Of a stretch of 64,000 nucleotides of DNA, positions 36,231 to 44,089 are shown one piece after another. The notes under the pieces are model-generated. The model saw only the letters and a list, made by a program, of their open reading frames with translations. It searched no databases and was not told the DNA's origin. Each line of letters opens with the position of its first letter. Position 1 is the stretch's first letter. The stretch comes from a virus. Taxonomy: Duplodnaviria > Caudoviricetes. Where the stretch lies: positions 1 to 64,000 of the IMG/VR virus record IMGVR_UViG_3300032030_000033; one strand, 5' to 3'. The translations under genes and the position numbers were made by a program.

Positions 36231-37094
36231 TTAGTATCCAAAATAACTTTTTTTGTCTTCAATCTTTTCTTCGCCAAAAATAAGCTTATTAAGAGCTTTA
36301 TTTGTTTTACATTCTTCTATAATTTTATTCATTGCTATTCCCTCTTGGGTATATTTATCTATATCTTCCCTAAGAGATTGACCTCTATCATAAATTGCTT
36401 GCAATTGTTTATATTTATTAAGCTCTCCACGTTTTTTAAGAGCTCTGATAAGTAAAGCAACAAGAGCAATACCACCAGTTGTTTTGAGAGCGAGCATTGG
36501 GTTAGCAGAAAGCCAAGCCATACCCTGTTTCATTATTTCGCTAAATGATTTTCCTTTAAGCCCACCGAAGAATGATTTTACCTTAAGAGGTAATGCTTTT
36601 AAGAAACCTGAAACTTTTGCCAACAAACCAGCACCAACTGGCACAGCAGCAGTTTGGGCACTTGCTAATTGAGCGGAAACATCTCCAACAGTTTTTGCAG
36701 CTTCTGCTTTTGAGCCTTGAATAATTGTATTCATTGTTCCCAATGCCTTTTGGCTTGCTAAAGCAGCTTCGTAAGTGTTAGCTCCTTTTGTTGCATTTAA
36801 TGTTTCAGCAGCCTGTTTTATTAAATCTGTATTTTTTGCCAAACTGTGTGATTTTGCAGCTTGCGCAGCATAATCTAAAATATATCTGTCATCTGCTGGC
36901 GTTTCCTCAATTGTTTGAACTTCTTCTTTAAAGTCCTCAAGTAAATCTGTGAAATGATCTAGTTTTACCTTTTTACCACATATTGTTGAAAATATTTCTT
37001 CGTAAATAGCTTTAGTTGTCTCTTCTCCAAACACCTCGCTATCATTTATGAAATTTTCCAAAAATATCTCTGGTGTATATCCTTCTAATTTCAT
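36231..37094 (-). CDS. Putative internal head protein with amphipathic/TM segments; C-terminal YFGY tag
   Basis: Acidic N-terminus with FLEN/LLED sites, Ala-rich helix, GGIALVALLI; ends IEDKKSYFGY. Confidence 0.55.
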   Translation of the reverse strand: MKLEGYTPEIFLENFINDSEVFGEETTKAIYEEIFSTICGKKVKLDHFTDLLEDFKEEVQTIEETPADDRYILDYAAQAAKSHSLAKNTDLIKQAAETLNATKGANTYEAALASQKALGTMNTIIQGSKAEAAKTVGDVSAQLASAQTAAVPVGAGLLAKVSGFLKALPLKVKSFFGGLKGKSFSEIMKQGMAWLSANPMLALKTTGGIALVALLIRALKKRGELNKYKQLQAIYDRGQSLREDIDKYTQEGIAMNKIIEECKTNKALNKLIFGEEKIEDKKSYFGY

Positions 37095-37107
37095 ATCAAT
37101 ATTCCTT

Positions 37108-38010
37108 TTATATTAACTTATTTTCCAATAATGATTCTAAATTTGTCTCCCAGTAAGGAACTTCTAATAGCATAATTTTATTCTTTTTTGCATAATTCTT
37201 TTTTTTACAGTCATTTTCTCTCTGTTTTTTAAAACTTTCTAAACCACCAAAAGATTCTACTGGCTTATAATGTTGTTCCCCTTGAAACTCAATTAATAAA
37301 TTTTTAGAAGGAATGTAAAAATCATAAGATAACTTACCTAAATCTTTAAATTTTTTTTGATATATATATTCTATATTTTTTTCTTCTAACCATTTTCTTA
37401 TTTTTTTCTCACCATGACTTTCTTTACATTTTGGACACCCGCTGCCATTTAAATGGCTATGAATTTGCTGAAAAAAAGAGCCATGAATTGGGCAAATGAT
37501 TTCTATTTTATCCTCCACTGATTTTACATTATCAAAATTTGATTTCGCATAACTATATTTGTCTCCTTGGACTTCTTTTATTTTTTGCAAAATTTCCAAT
37601 TTTGTTAATCTTAAAGCTGATCTTTCTTCGCCACATTTTGGGCACCCGCCACCTTGTAAATGGCTATCTGGTGTTTGCCAAAAAGATCCATGAATTGGAC
37701 AAATAATTTCTACTTTTGTTTTTGCATTTATATAATTTACTTTTGAATAATCATATTTATTGCCTTGTTTTAGTTTTGCCTTTTGAAAGAAATCTTTTTT
37801 ATTTTTTTGAAATCTCTCTTCTTCGGCACAGCTCGGACAGCCATATTTTAAGTGATTATCTAATCTTTGACTTTGTTCTCCATGCTCTGGGCAAAAGTAT
37901 TTTATAACTTGATTAGCACTGCTTGTAAATAATGTTTTTGAATAATCATAGTTTTTAAAAACTTCTAAACATCTTTGTTTAAACTCTTCTGGTAACACTC
38001 TTTTAGGCAT
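37108..38010 (-). mobile_element. Free-standing homing endonuclease-like gene (repeated CPxHG...CPxC Zn-ribbons plus PD-(D/E)xK nuclease)
   Basis: Three Y.YSK...CPxHG...HL..GCPxC repeats; SHGEKKI..YDFYI...LIEFQGEQHY. Confidence 0.8.
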
Positions 38011-38439
38011 TTAATCTCCCAAATTCGCAAGGTTTATGCCTACATCTTCCCCTTTTTGAGAGTTAATAAATACTCCTACATTTCCTTGACTTGATCTGTT
38101 TTGGGCTGAAACTAATCTCGCTTTCGCATTAGCCAAGTTTGCAAGAGCGTTAATAGATTCTATCTTTAACCTTTGCGAATCTGTTAACATTAACTTGCTT
38201 GTGTCATCTCTCCTCCTGCCAGTTACTACATCTCCATAGAAAGCGTCATAAATCTCATCTGAGTGTTTTTGTATATCTTTATAAGATTCAAGAGCAACTT
38301 TTGTTATATCATCTATTGTAATTTCTTTTGTCGCTTCTTGTTCAACAATTTCTGCTTTTTCTTTAACTACAATTTCGTCTTGCTCTATCAAATCAAGAGC
38401 ATTTTTTATTTCATCTTCATCCATTTCTACTTCTGTCAT
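38011..38439 (-). CDS. Hypothetical helical protein, possible small terminase subunit
   Basis: Acidic N-terminus, central helices, short C-terminal beta strand (NVGVFIN); late operon; weak resemblance only. Confidence 0.35.
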   Translation of the reverse strand: MTEVEMDEDEIKNALDLIEQDEIVVKEKAEIVEQEATKEITIDDITKVALESYKDIQKHSDEIYDAFYGDVVTGRRRDDTSKLMLTDSQRLKIESINALANLANAKARLVSAQNRSSQGNVGVFINSQKGEDVGINLANLGD

Positions 38440-38630
38440 TTGTTTTCTCCCCTGATTATTTTATTTGTTGAGGTTATTATTTTTTTAAAAATTTCATCTT
38501 GTTTTTGCGTATAAGCTTGCTTGTTTACTATTTTACCAACATTTTGCCAAAAGCTTCTTTCTTTTTCTCCGCCTAAGGAAAGAATGTTGTTATATCTTTT
38601 TTCAACAGCACTTATAAAATCATATTCCAT
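38436..38630 (-). CDS. Small hypothetical late protein
   Basis: Late motif 4 nt before ATG; ATGA overlap with next gene. Confidence 0.65.
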   Translation of the reverse strand: MEYDFISAVEKRYNNILSLGGEKERSFWQNVGKIVNKQAYTQKQDEIFKKIITSTNKIIRGENK

Positions 38631-38641
38631 ATATTTAACTT

Positions 38642-38665
38642 AAAAAAGCCACCCGACTGGGTGGC
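38642..38665 (-). terminator. Rho-independent terminator after the sigma factor gene
   Basis: GCCACCC-GACT-GGGTGGC with T6 on the minus strand. Confidence 0.8.
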
Positions 38666-38687
38666 CTTGAAAGAGGGAGATGTTTTT

Positions 38688-39425
38688 TTATATTAAACTA
38701 TATAACCTTTCTTTAAATGGTTCTAAGTCTAATAAAAACTTTTTATAATCACTTGTTTTATAACCATATTCTCTAAAAGCAGAGAATAAGTCATTTTTTC
38801 CAACAATCATTTTGTTTTCCTTTATATATTCCATAAGTATAGAAGCAAGGTTTATATATTTATCGTGTTTTTCCTCGTTGTCTGAAAAATTCTCATCAAT
38901 AATCCTAAACAATTCGTTCTCTAAGTCTTCAAAGAAGAAATTGTTTTCTACATAATCTTTACTCTCTAAATCTGGCTGAATTGAAACATCCGCCATTTCT
39001 CTTGATTCTTTATCTTTTTTTGTAAAATTTATTAAATGATATTTTGCTACTAAGCTTAAAAAATGAAAGAACTTCTTTTTTCTAGAAGGGTCAAATGTTG
39101 GTAAGCTTCTCCAACATTCGGCTAATCCTTCACTTCTAAGAACTTCTCTACTTTCAAACCTCCAAATACCATATTTGTTAATAACGGCTTCTACTATTTT
39201 TAACATATTTGCCAAAATTTCTCTTTCAGCTTTTTTATCAAAAGAAATAATTTTTCCCTCTTCGTCTTTAACTATTGAAGGCATATATTTATTCAAAACT
39301 AAATCGGCAAAATACTCTTCATCGAAATAGTTACTCCCAGTCGTTTTATGCTCTGTTTTAAGTTCAGAGAGTAAATCTTCGGTTTTTATTTTATTATTAA
39401 AATAATTCTCTTCTAAATCTTCCAT
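38688..39425 (-). CDS. Phage late sigma factor (T4 gp55-like)
   Basis: NYFDEE...MLKIVEAVINKY...EVLRSEGLAECWRSLPTFDPSR..KFFHFLSLVAKYHL, a sigma region 2 of gp55 type. Confidence 0.75.
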   Translation of the reverse strand: MEDLEENYFNNKIKTEDLLSELKTEHKTTGSNYFDEEYFADLVLNKYMPSIVKDEEGKIISFDKKAEREILANMLKIVEAVINKYGIWRFESREVLRSEGLAECWRSLPTFDPSRKKKFFHFLSLVAKYHLINFTKKDKESREMADVSIQPDLESKDYVENNFFFEDLENELFRIIDENFSDNEEKHDKYINLASILMEYIKENKMIVGKNDLFSAFREYGYKTSDYKKFLLDLEPFKERLYSLI

Positions 39426-39429
39426 AAGT

Positions 39430-39459
39430 ATTTTATACTATATTATTTTTTTTTGTCAA
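39430..39459 (-). promoter_or_regulatory. Sigma70-type promoter for the late sigma gene (near-leaderless)
   Basis: TTGACA then TATAAAAT (TATAAA at 16 nt or TAAAAT at 18 nt), 4 nt before ATG. Confidence 0.6.
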
Positions 39460-39742
39460 GTGTTTTCTTAAACTCCATAAGTTGATAATCATCTTCTTCT
39501 AAATAACCGTAGTGCCAAAGGCATTGTAGCCATAATTTAAACTCTGCATTTACCAGCCTATCTACCTTTCTTTTGCTACTATTAGTTTCATTTCTTGGAT
39601 AACAAAAAATTTTTGCTTTTTTTATTCTTTTATCTTCATCATAATAAACAAGATAGTAACATCCAAGACTTGTATCTAAAATGGCAATTTCCTTGTCTTT
39701 TGATTTTTTACTTTTTATTTTTTTAAAGTTGTCACTTATCAA
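39443..39742 (-). CDS. Hypothetical protein
   Basis: 99-aa ORF with TTG start filling the gap; start uncertain. Confidence 0.45.
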   Translation of the reverse strand: MISDNFKKIKSKKSKDKEIAILDTSLGCYYLVYYDEDKRIKKAKIFCYPRNETNSSKRKVDRLVNAEFKLWLQCLWHYGYLEEDDYQLMEFKKTLDKKK

Positions 39743-39747
39743 ATTTA

Positions 39748-40512
39748 TTATTTCTCTTCAAATTCGTCGTTTCTATAGTCTGTTATTCTTTTATCTAATG
39801 TCTCTTTTTTATATTGTGCGTTTACAATTTTATTATCTATCATCATGGAAGTTGTAATCATTTCAGAGCCTTTTCTTTTTACAAATCTAACACCTACAGA
39901 ATCTTCTGGCTTTTTACCGTAAAGTATCTCTGCAAAAATTTTACTTTCTACATCTATTTTTTCTTTTAGCTGCATTTGTGTTGCAGGATTTGCCATTACC
40001 TGTAGTATGTCTGAAGTAAACTCATCCAACACATTTACCCCATCTACTTTGTTTTCAGCAAGCTTGTTTATTATATCTTCTATAGTCTGGATATTATCAA
40101 TTTCTTCTTTCTCTAGCAGCATTTCGCCTTTAAATTTTCTAACTATATTGTTATCATCATTAACGCTTACGTTTCCGTCATTATCTCCATGATCGTCGTC
40201 ATCTTCTGTAACAACAGACGCAAGTGGTAGATTAGATAAATCTGGCACACCAGTATTCATTTCTGGCGCCATTGGTGTTCCTGCATTCATTTCTGGCGCT
40301 GGAACTGGCTGAGCACTCATATCTGGTGCTACTGGAGCTGGCTGAGCACTTACCTCTGGAGTTGGTTCAGTCTGTGGTATTTCTGAGGTAGACTGTTCCT
40401 CTTCTTTCTTTTTTATATTTATATCAAAATTATAAAAAATTTTAGTTGCTTTTTTATCTTCCTTTTTACTTTCATAAAGAAATTCTTTATCAAATAACTC
40501 TTTGAATTTCAT
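39748..40512 (-). CDS. Putative head protein with CTS-like N-terminus and Pro/Met linker
   Basis: MKFKELFDKEFLYES; PEMN/SAQP repeats; SVVTED; late motif plus AAGGAG. Confidence 0.55.
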   Translation of the reverse strand: MKFKELFDKEFLYESKKEDKKATKIFYNFDINIKKKEEEQSTSEIPQTEPTPEVSAQPAPVAPDMSAQPVPAPEMNAGTPMAPEMNTGVPDLSNLPLASVVTEDDDDHGDNDGNVSVNDDNNIVRKFKGEMLLEKEEIDNIQTIEDIINKLAENKVDGVNVLDEFTSDILQVMANPATQMQLKEKIDVESKIFAEILYGKKPEDSVGVRFVKRKGSEMITTSMMIDNKIVNAQYKKETLDKRITDYRNDEFEEK

Positions 40513-40523
40513 TAATTTCTCCT

Positions 40524-41267
40524 TTATTTTAACTTTTGATTATTTCTTTCGATTCTTTCAAGAACTGATAATTCTTCGTAGTCTTCATCAATAACTGAGA
40601 AAATTCTTTCTTCGGAAGCACTTATCTCATCGCAGTAATCCTTTAATTGTGTCCATCTTATATTGTTTTTCATAAACAATGCCAATCTTGGCGTTATAGA
40701 CCCAAACAGTTTGTTCTCTCCGCAATAATCAAAAATTCTTCCTATATATTGTTGATTTTCACCCAAACCATTATACCAATCTTTTTCCGCCGCACTCATT
40801 TTATAAACATCACCATAGTGATTTTTCCAATCTTCGGCAAATTTAGCAATTGGCGAATCATCTTCATATTCGATAATATAATTTTTTGCTTCTTCTTTGA
40901 TTTTTTCTTCTTTCTCTTGTGCTATTTTGTTAGAAAGCTCTTGCAATTTTTCTTCCAGAGGTGTAAAATCATATGTAATACCCTCTGTCATAAATTGTCC
41001 TTGTTCATTTGAGCTTCTCCAAATTGAGAAATTAAGAAGCCCTTTTTCTTTTAATGATTTTCTTCTTCTTTGAAGAGTTCTTGAAGAAACTGTTGGATCA
41101 AGTTCTTCATCATGTAGCTTATAATTTTCTTTGTGTCTCATTACAGAAATTATAAACATTACTTCTTTATTTGTAAGACCTAATTCTTCTTTGTAAGAAA
41201 TTAAAAGATTAGAAATCATTACAAATCCATCTCTTTGTAAATAGTTTGATACTGCACAACTTTTCAT
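40524..41267 (-). CDS. DnaD-N-like winged-helix replication initiator / helicase loader
   Basis: GFVMISNLLISYKEELGLTNKEVMFI...SSRTLQRRRKSLKEKGLL...YDFTPLEEKL matches the DnaD N-terminal pattern. Confidence 0.7.
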   Translation of the reverse strand: MKSCAVSNYLQRDGFVMISNLLISYKEELGLTNKEVMFIISVMRHKENYKLHDEELDPTVSSRTLQRRRKSLKEKGLLNFSIWRSSNEQGQFMTEGITYDFTPLEEKLQELSNKIAQEKEEKIKEEAKNYIIEYEDDSPIAKFAEDWKNHYGDVYKMSAAEKDWYNGLGENQQYIGRIFDYCGENKLFGSITPRLALFMKNNIRWTQLKDYCDEISASEERIFSVIDEDYEELSVLERIERNNQKLK

Positions 41268-41288
41268 TATTTCCTCTTTCTTTATAGA

Positions 41289-41317
41289 AGTATAACTCCT
41301 ATCACTTAAGCAGTCAA
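41289..41317 (-). promoter_or_regulatory. Sigma70-type promoter for the DnaD-like gene
   Basis: TTGACT-17-TATACT, GAGGA SD downstream. Confidence 0.75.
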
Positions 41318-41332
41318 GTTACGTCACAACTG

Positions 41333-41403
41333 TAACTAACTAATAGTATTATGTAGAGCGGACAATTTTGTCGCAAGTCACGACAATTTTGTCCGCTCGG
41401 TGC
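41333..41403. repeat. 71-bp dispersed palindromic element, copy B (core inverted relative to copy A)
   Basis: TAACTAACTAATAGTATTATGTA-GAGCGGACAATTTTGTCG-CAAGTCA-CGACAATTTTGTCCGCTC-GGTGC. Confidence 0.9.
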
Positions 41404-42235
41404 GCTTACTTTTTCTTTCAAGAATGTTTGCCATTATTTTTTTTAGAAATTCTTTTTTTAATTCTGGATTTATTTCAAGCTTTGAAACAAAATTTAAATA
41501 CTCTTGTAAATCTTCGATTGACTTTACTTTCGATAAAAAAAATTTTGCTGATCGTAAAATAGTTTTAAATACTTCAAGACTATTTATTGATTTTAGTTCA
41601 TCTTCTATAATTTTTAAATTTAAAAAATTTTTTAAGTCATTTGCTGAATAAGTGTTTTCTTTGTTTTCGTATGTTGACCTGTCAACTCTATAAATATATA
41701 CATACTTATCAGATATAATTTTTTTTAAGTCTTTAAATTGATAAATAATAATATCATCATCAAAAAAAATAATTGGAGCTAAATTTAAATTTTTTAATTT
41801 TTCTTTTGCTAAATCAGTTCTTGTCCATCTTGACCAAATTGGAAAATAGGATTCAAGTGTGCGTTCTACTTGCTTTGGGTTTTCTTCATTTGATAAAATA
41901 TAACCAAAACATATTTCTTCTTCGTTTGATAAAATATATTCTTTAAAAGTTTCATCTATATTAAAAATTTCATCATCTACATCTATAAACCAAATATATT
42001 TACCAGAAGCATGTTTAACAAGTGTGTGTCTGCTATAATTATAGCAATTTTTTCCATATGAAAAAAGTTTAATATTTTCGTCTAGTTTTGGAATAGGTTC
42101 TTTATTTTTTTCTCTATTATCAAGTAATAAAACTTCATAAGATAAACTTATTTTTTGTTTAAGTTCTTTAAGTCTATCTTCTAGATAACAAAAATCTTTA
42201 TCGCAAAATAACATTATAATACTTAAATCTAACAT
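41378..42235 (-). CDS. Family 2 glycosyltransferase (paralogue of 30672..31415)
   Basis: LSIIMLFCDKD, EVLLLDNR, ASGKYIWFIDVDD, IWSRW. Confidence 0.85.
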   Translation of the reverse strand: MLDLSIIMLFCDKDFCYLEDRLKELKQKISLSYEVLLLDNREKNKEPIPKLDENIKLFSYGKNCYNYSRHTLVKHASGKYIWFIDVDDEIFNIDETFKEYILSNEEEICFGYILSNEENPKQVERTLESYFPIWSRWTRTDLAKEKLKNLNLAPIIFFDDDIIIYQFKDLKKIISDKYVYIYRVDRSTYENKENTYSANDLKNFLNLKIIEDELKSINSLEVFKTILRSAKFFLSKVKSIEDLQEYLNFVSKLEINPELKKEFLKKIMANILERKSKRTERTKLS

Positions 42236-42238
42236 AGT

Positions 42239-42931
42239 TTACCTACAAACTGGAAAATAACCAAGCGCATCAAAAATTTTGTAAGCGGCTTCTTTATTTA
42301 TAAATAAAAAAGCAATATATTCGGGCCTTTCTAGGCACTCTTTATCATAAATAAATTCGTATAGTTTATCAAAATCTACTTTTTCTTTTAGAAACGAAAC
42401 AAATTTTTCAAAGAAAATTTTTATTAATTCATTATTGTCAATAAAAACAATAGTGTTAAGAATTTGTTGATATCTATTTCCATTTAACATTTTAATTTCA
42501 TTATTGTAATAAAAATTATTTTCATTACAAAAAGTGTTTAGATAATAATCAAAACAATCATCTTTCAAAAAAGCAAGGTCGTTTTGGTAAGAAGCTAAAA
42601 CTTGTTCTTTTAAAATTCCTTGTTTTTTAACCTCTGTTTCTCTTAATACTTCAATTATTTCTTGTAAATTAAAACACTCTAATAAAGATTTAAAATCGCT
42701 AACATCAAGTCTATAAATTGGTAAAAATGTTAAATCATAAAAATAAAAATTAGCATTTGTTGGTAATTCTTTTTTTATAGTAATAAACTCAAAATCTAAA
42801 AAAATATATATACTTGATTTTGAGAACTCTTCAAGATTTAAAACATTAAAGTCTTCTTCTTGAATAATTTTATATTTCCCCGTATTATCTATAACTTTTG
42901 TCTTATCTGATACTAAAATTATATCCATCAT
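42239..42931 (-). CDS. Hypothetical protein in tail-fibre/glycosyltransferase operon
   Basis: Start set to ATG at 42931 after AAGGAAGAG. Confidence 0.6.
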   Translation of the reverse strand: MMDIILVSDKTKVIDNTGKYKIIQEEDFNVLNLEEFSKSSIYIFLDFEFITIKKELPTNANFYFYDLTFLPIYRLDVSDFKSLLECFNLQEIIEVLRETEVKKQGILKEQVLASYQNDLAFLKDDCFDYYLNTFCNENNFYYNNEIKMLNGNRYQQILNTIVFIDNNELIKIFFEKFVSFLKEKVDFDKLYEFIYDKECLERPEYIAFLFINKEAAYKIFDALGYFPVCR

Positions 42932-42938
42932 CTCTTCC

Positions 42939-44066
42939 TTAAATATAAGCAATTATATAATCAGTTGTTCTGGTTGGCTGGCTACTACCACTGACATAAT
43001 AAACAGTGCGGGTTTGCTGGTAGCCATCAGCATTTGTATATGTTTCAGTACGTGAATCTATATACTGTCTTGTACCACTACCCGTTAATGTTACTGAACC
43101 ACCTGCAACAATGTTAAACTCAACGTTGCTACTTATTGTATAATCTATAACACCATTCCAGCCCGCAAATTGTCCATCGCCTCCCCACCAGGTACCAGGC
43201 ATAAGCGAGCCATCTTCTAGATAAAACTTCGAATAACAATATCCAGATTCCCAGTAACCAAGTTGACCTTTTGTTTTTTCAATGTAACTTACCAATCCTC
43301 CACGAGGTGGTATTCCTCTTGTAGAACCCGATATATATTCATCTTGTTCTTCTATATTACCTCCAGCGTTTGGGTCAGGTGTTGACATACTCCAGCTTTG
43401 ATTTTTTGATGTAACATCGGTTACAAGTAACCAATGAATTGTAGCACTGCTTTCTCCCCAACTACCCGCTTCTTCATAATCAATCCATTGGTTTCCGTGT
43501 GTATTTCCAAGAATTGAATAAACCCTAGAATAATAACCAGAACCACCACCAACATTTTTAGCGGAAAGCGCTGTCATTGTAAGATGAAGACTTTCATCAT
43601 TAATAGTAAAACTGCTTTTTGTGGGTATGCTGCGACCAATTAATAATAAGTAATAATCTTCAGGATTTTGTAATGATGAACTTACATTGTATATATAAGC
43701 AAACGCTCCATAGTTATTCCAACAATCATATCCAGAGCTGCCACTTCCGCTAATGTTAGGACCTATGTTATATAATATATTAAATTTTACATATTGTTTA
43801 AGTTTTAATGGGTATTTGCCATCTATTGTAAGAATATGAGAGTTAAGAGTGCCGCTAGTTTGCTTTTCCCAATACTCATTTCCTTCACTTGCAAATGGAA
43901 CATATGTAACTTTACCATCTGGATGTGTTATTTCTAGTTTTTTTACACCAGATGGTAAATTACCCAAACTAGAGCTTGGGTATCCAAGCTCTATTGAAGA
44001 GGGCCAGGCATCATACCAGTTCCAGCCCCCCCAAATAGTTTTATCTCTCACTTGTAAAATAGCCAT
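42939..44066 (-). CDS. Gly/Ser/Trp/Tyr-rich putative receptor-binding/adhesin protein
   Basis: Aromatic, Gly-rich composition directly downstream of the long tail fibre (T-even gp38-like position). Confidence 0.45.
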   Translation of the reverse strand: MAILQVRDKTIWGGWNWYDAWPSSIELGYPSSSLGNLPSGVKKLEITHPDGKVTYVPFASEGNEYWEKQTSGTLNSHILTIDGKYPLKLKQYVKFNILYNIGPNISGSGSSGYDCWNNYGAFAYIYNVSSSLQNPEDYYLLLIGRSIPTKSSFTINDESLHLTMTALSAKNVGGGSGYYSRVYSILGNTHGNQWIDYEEAGSWGESSATIHWLLVTDVTSKNQSWSMSTPDPNAGGNIEEQDEYISGSTRGIPPRGGLVSYIEKTKGQLGYWESGYCYSKFYLEDGSLMPGTWWGGDGQFAGWNGVIDYTISSNVEFNIVAGGSVTLTGSGTRQYIDSRTETYTNADGYQQTRTVYYVSGSSQPTRTTDYIIAYI

Positions 44067-44089
44067 CTTTTCTCCAACAATTAACTTAA

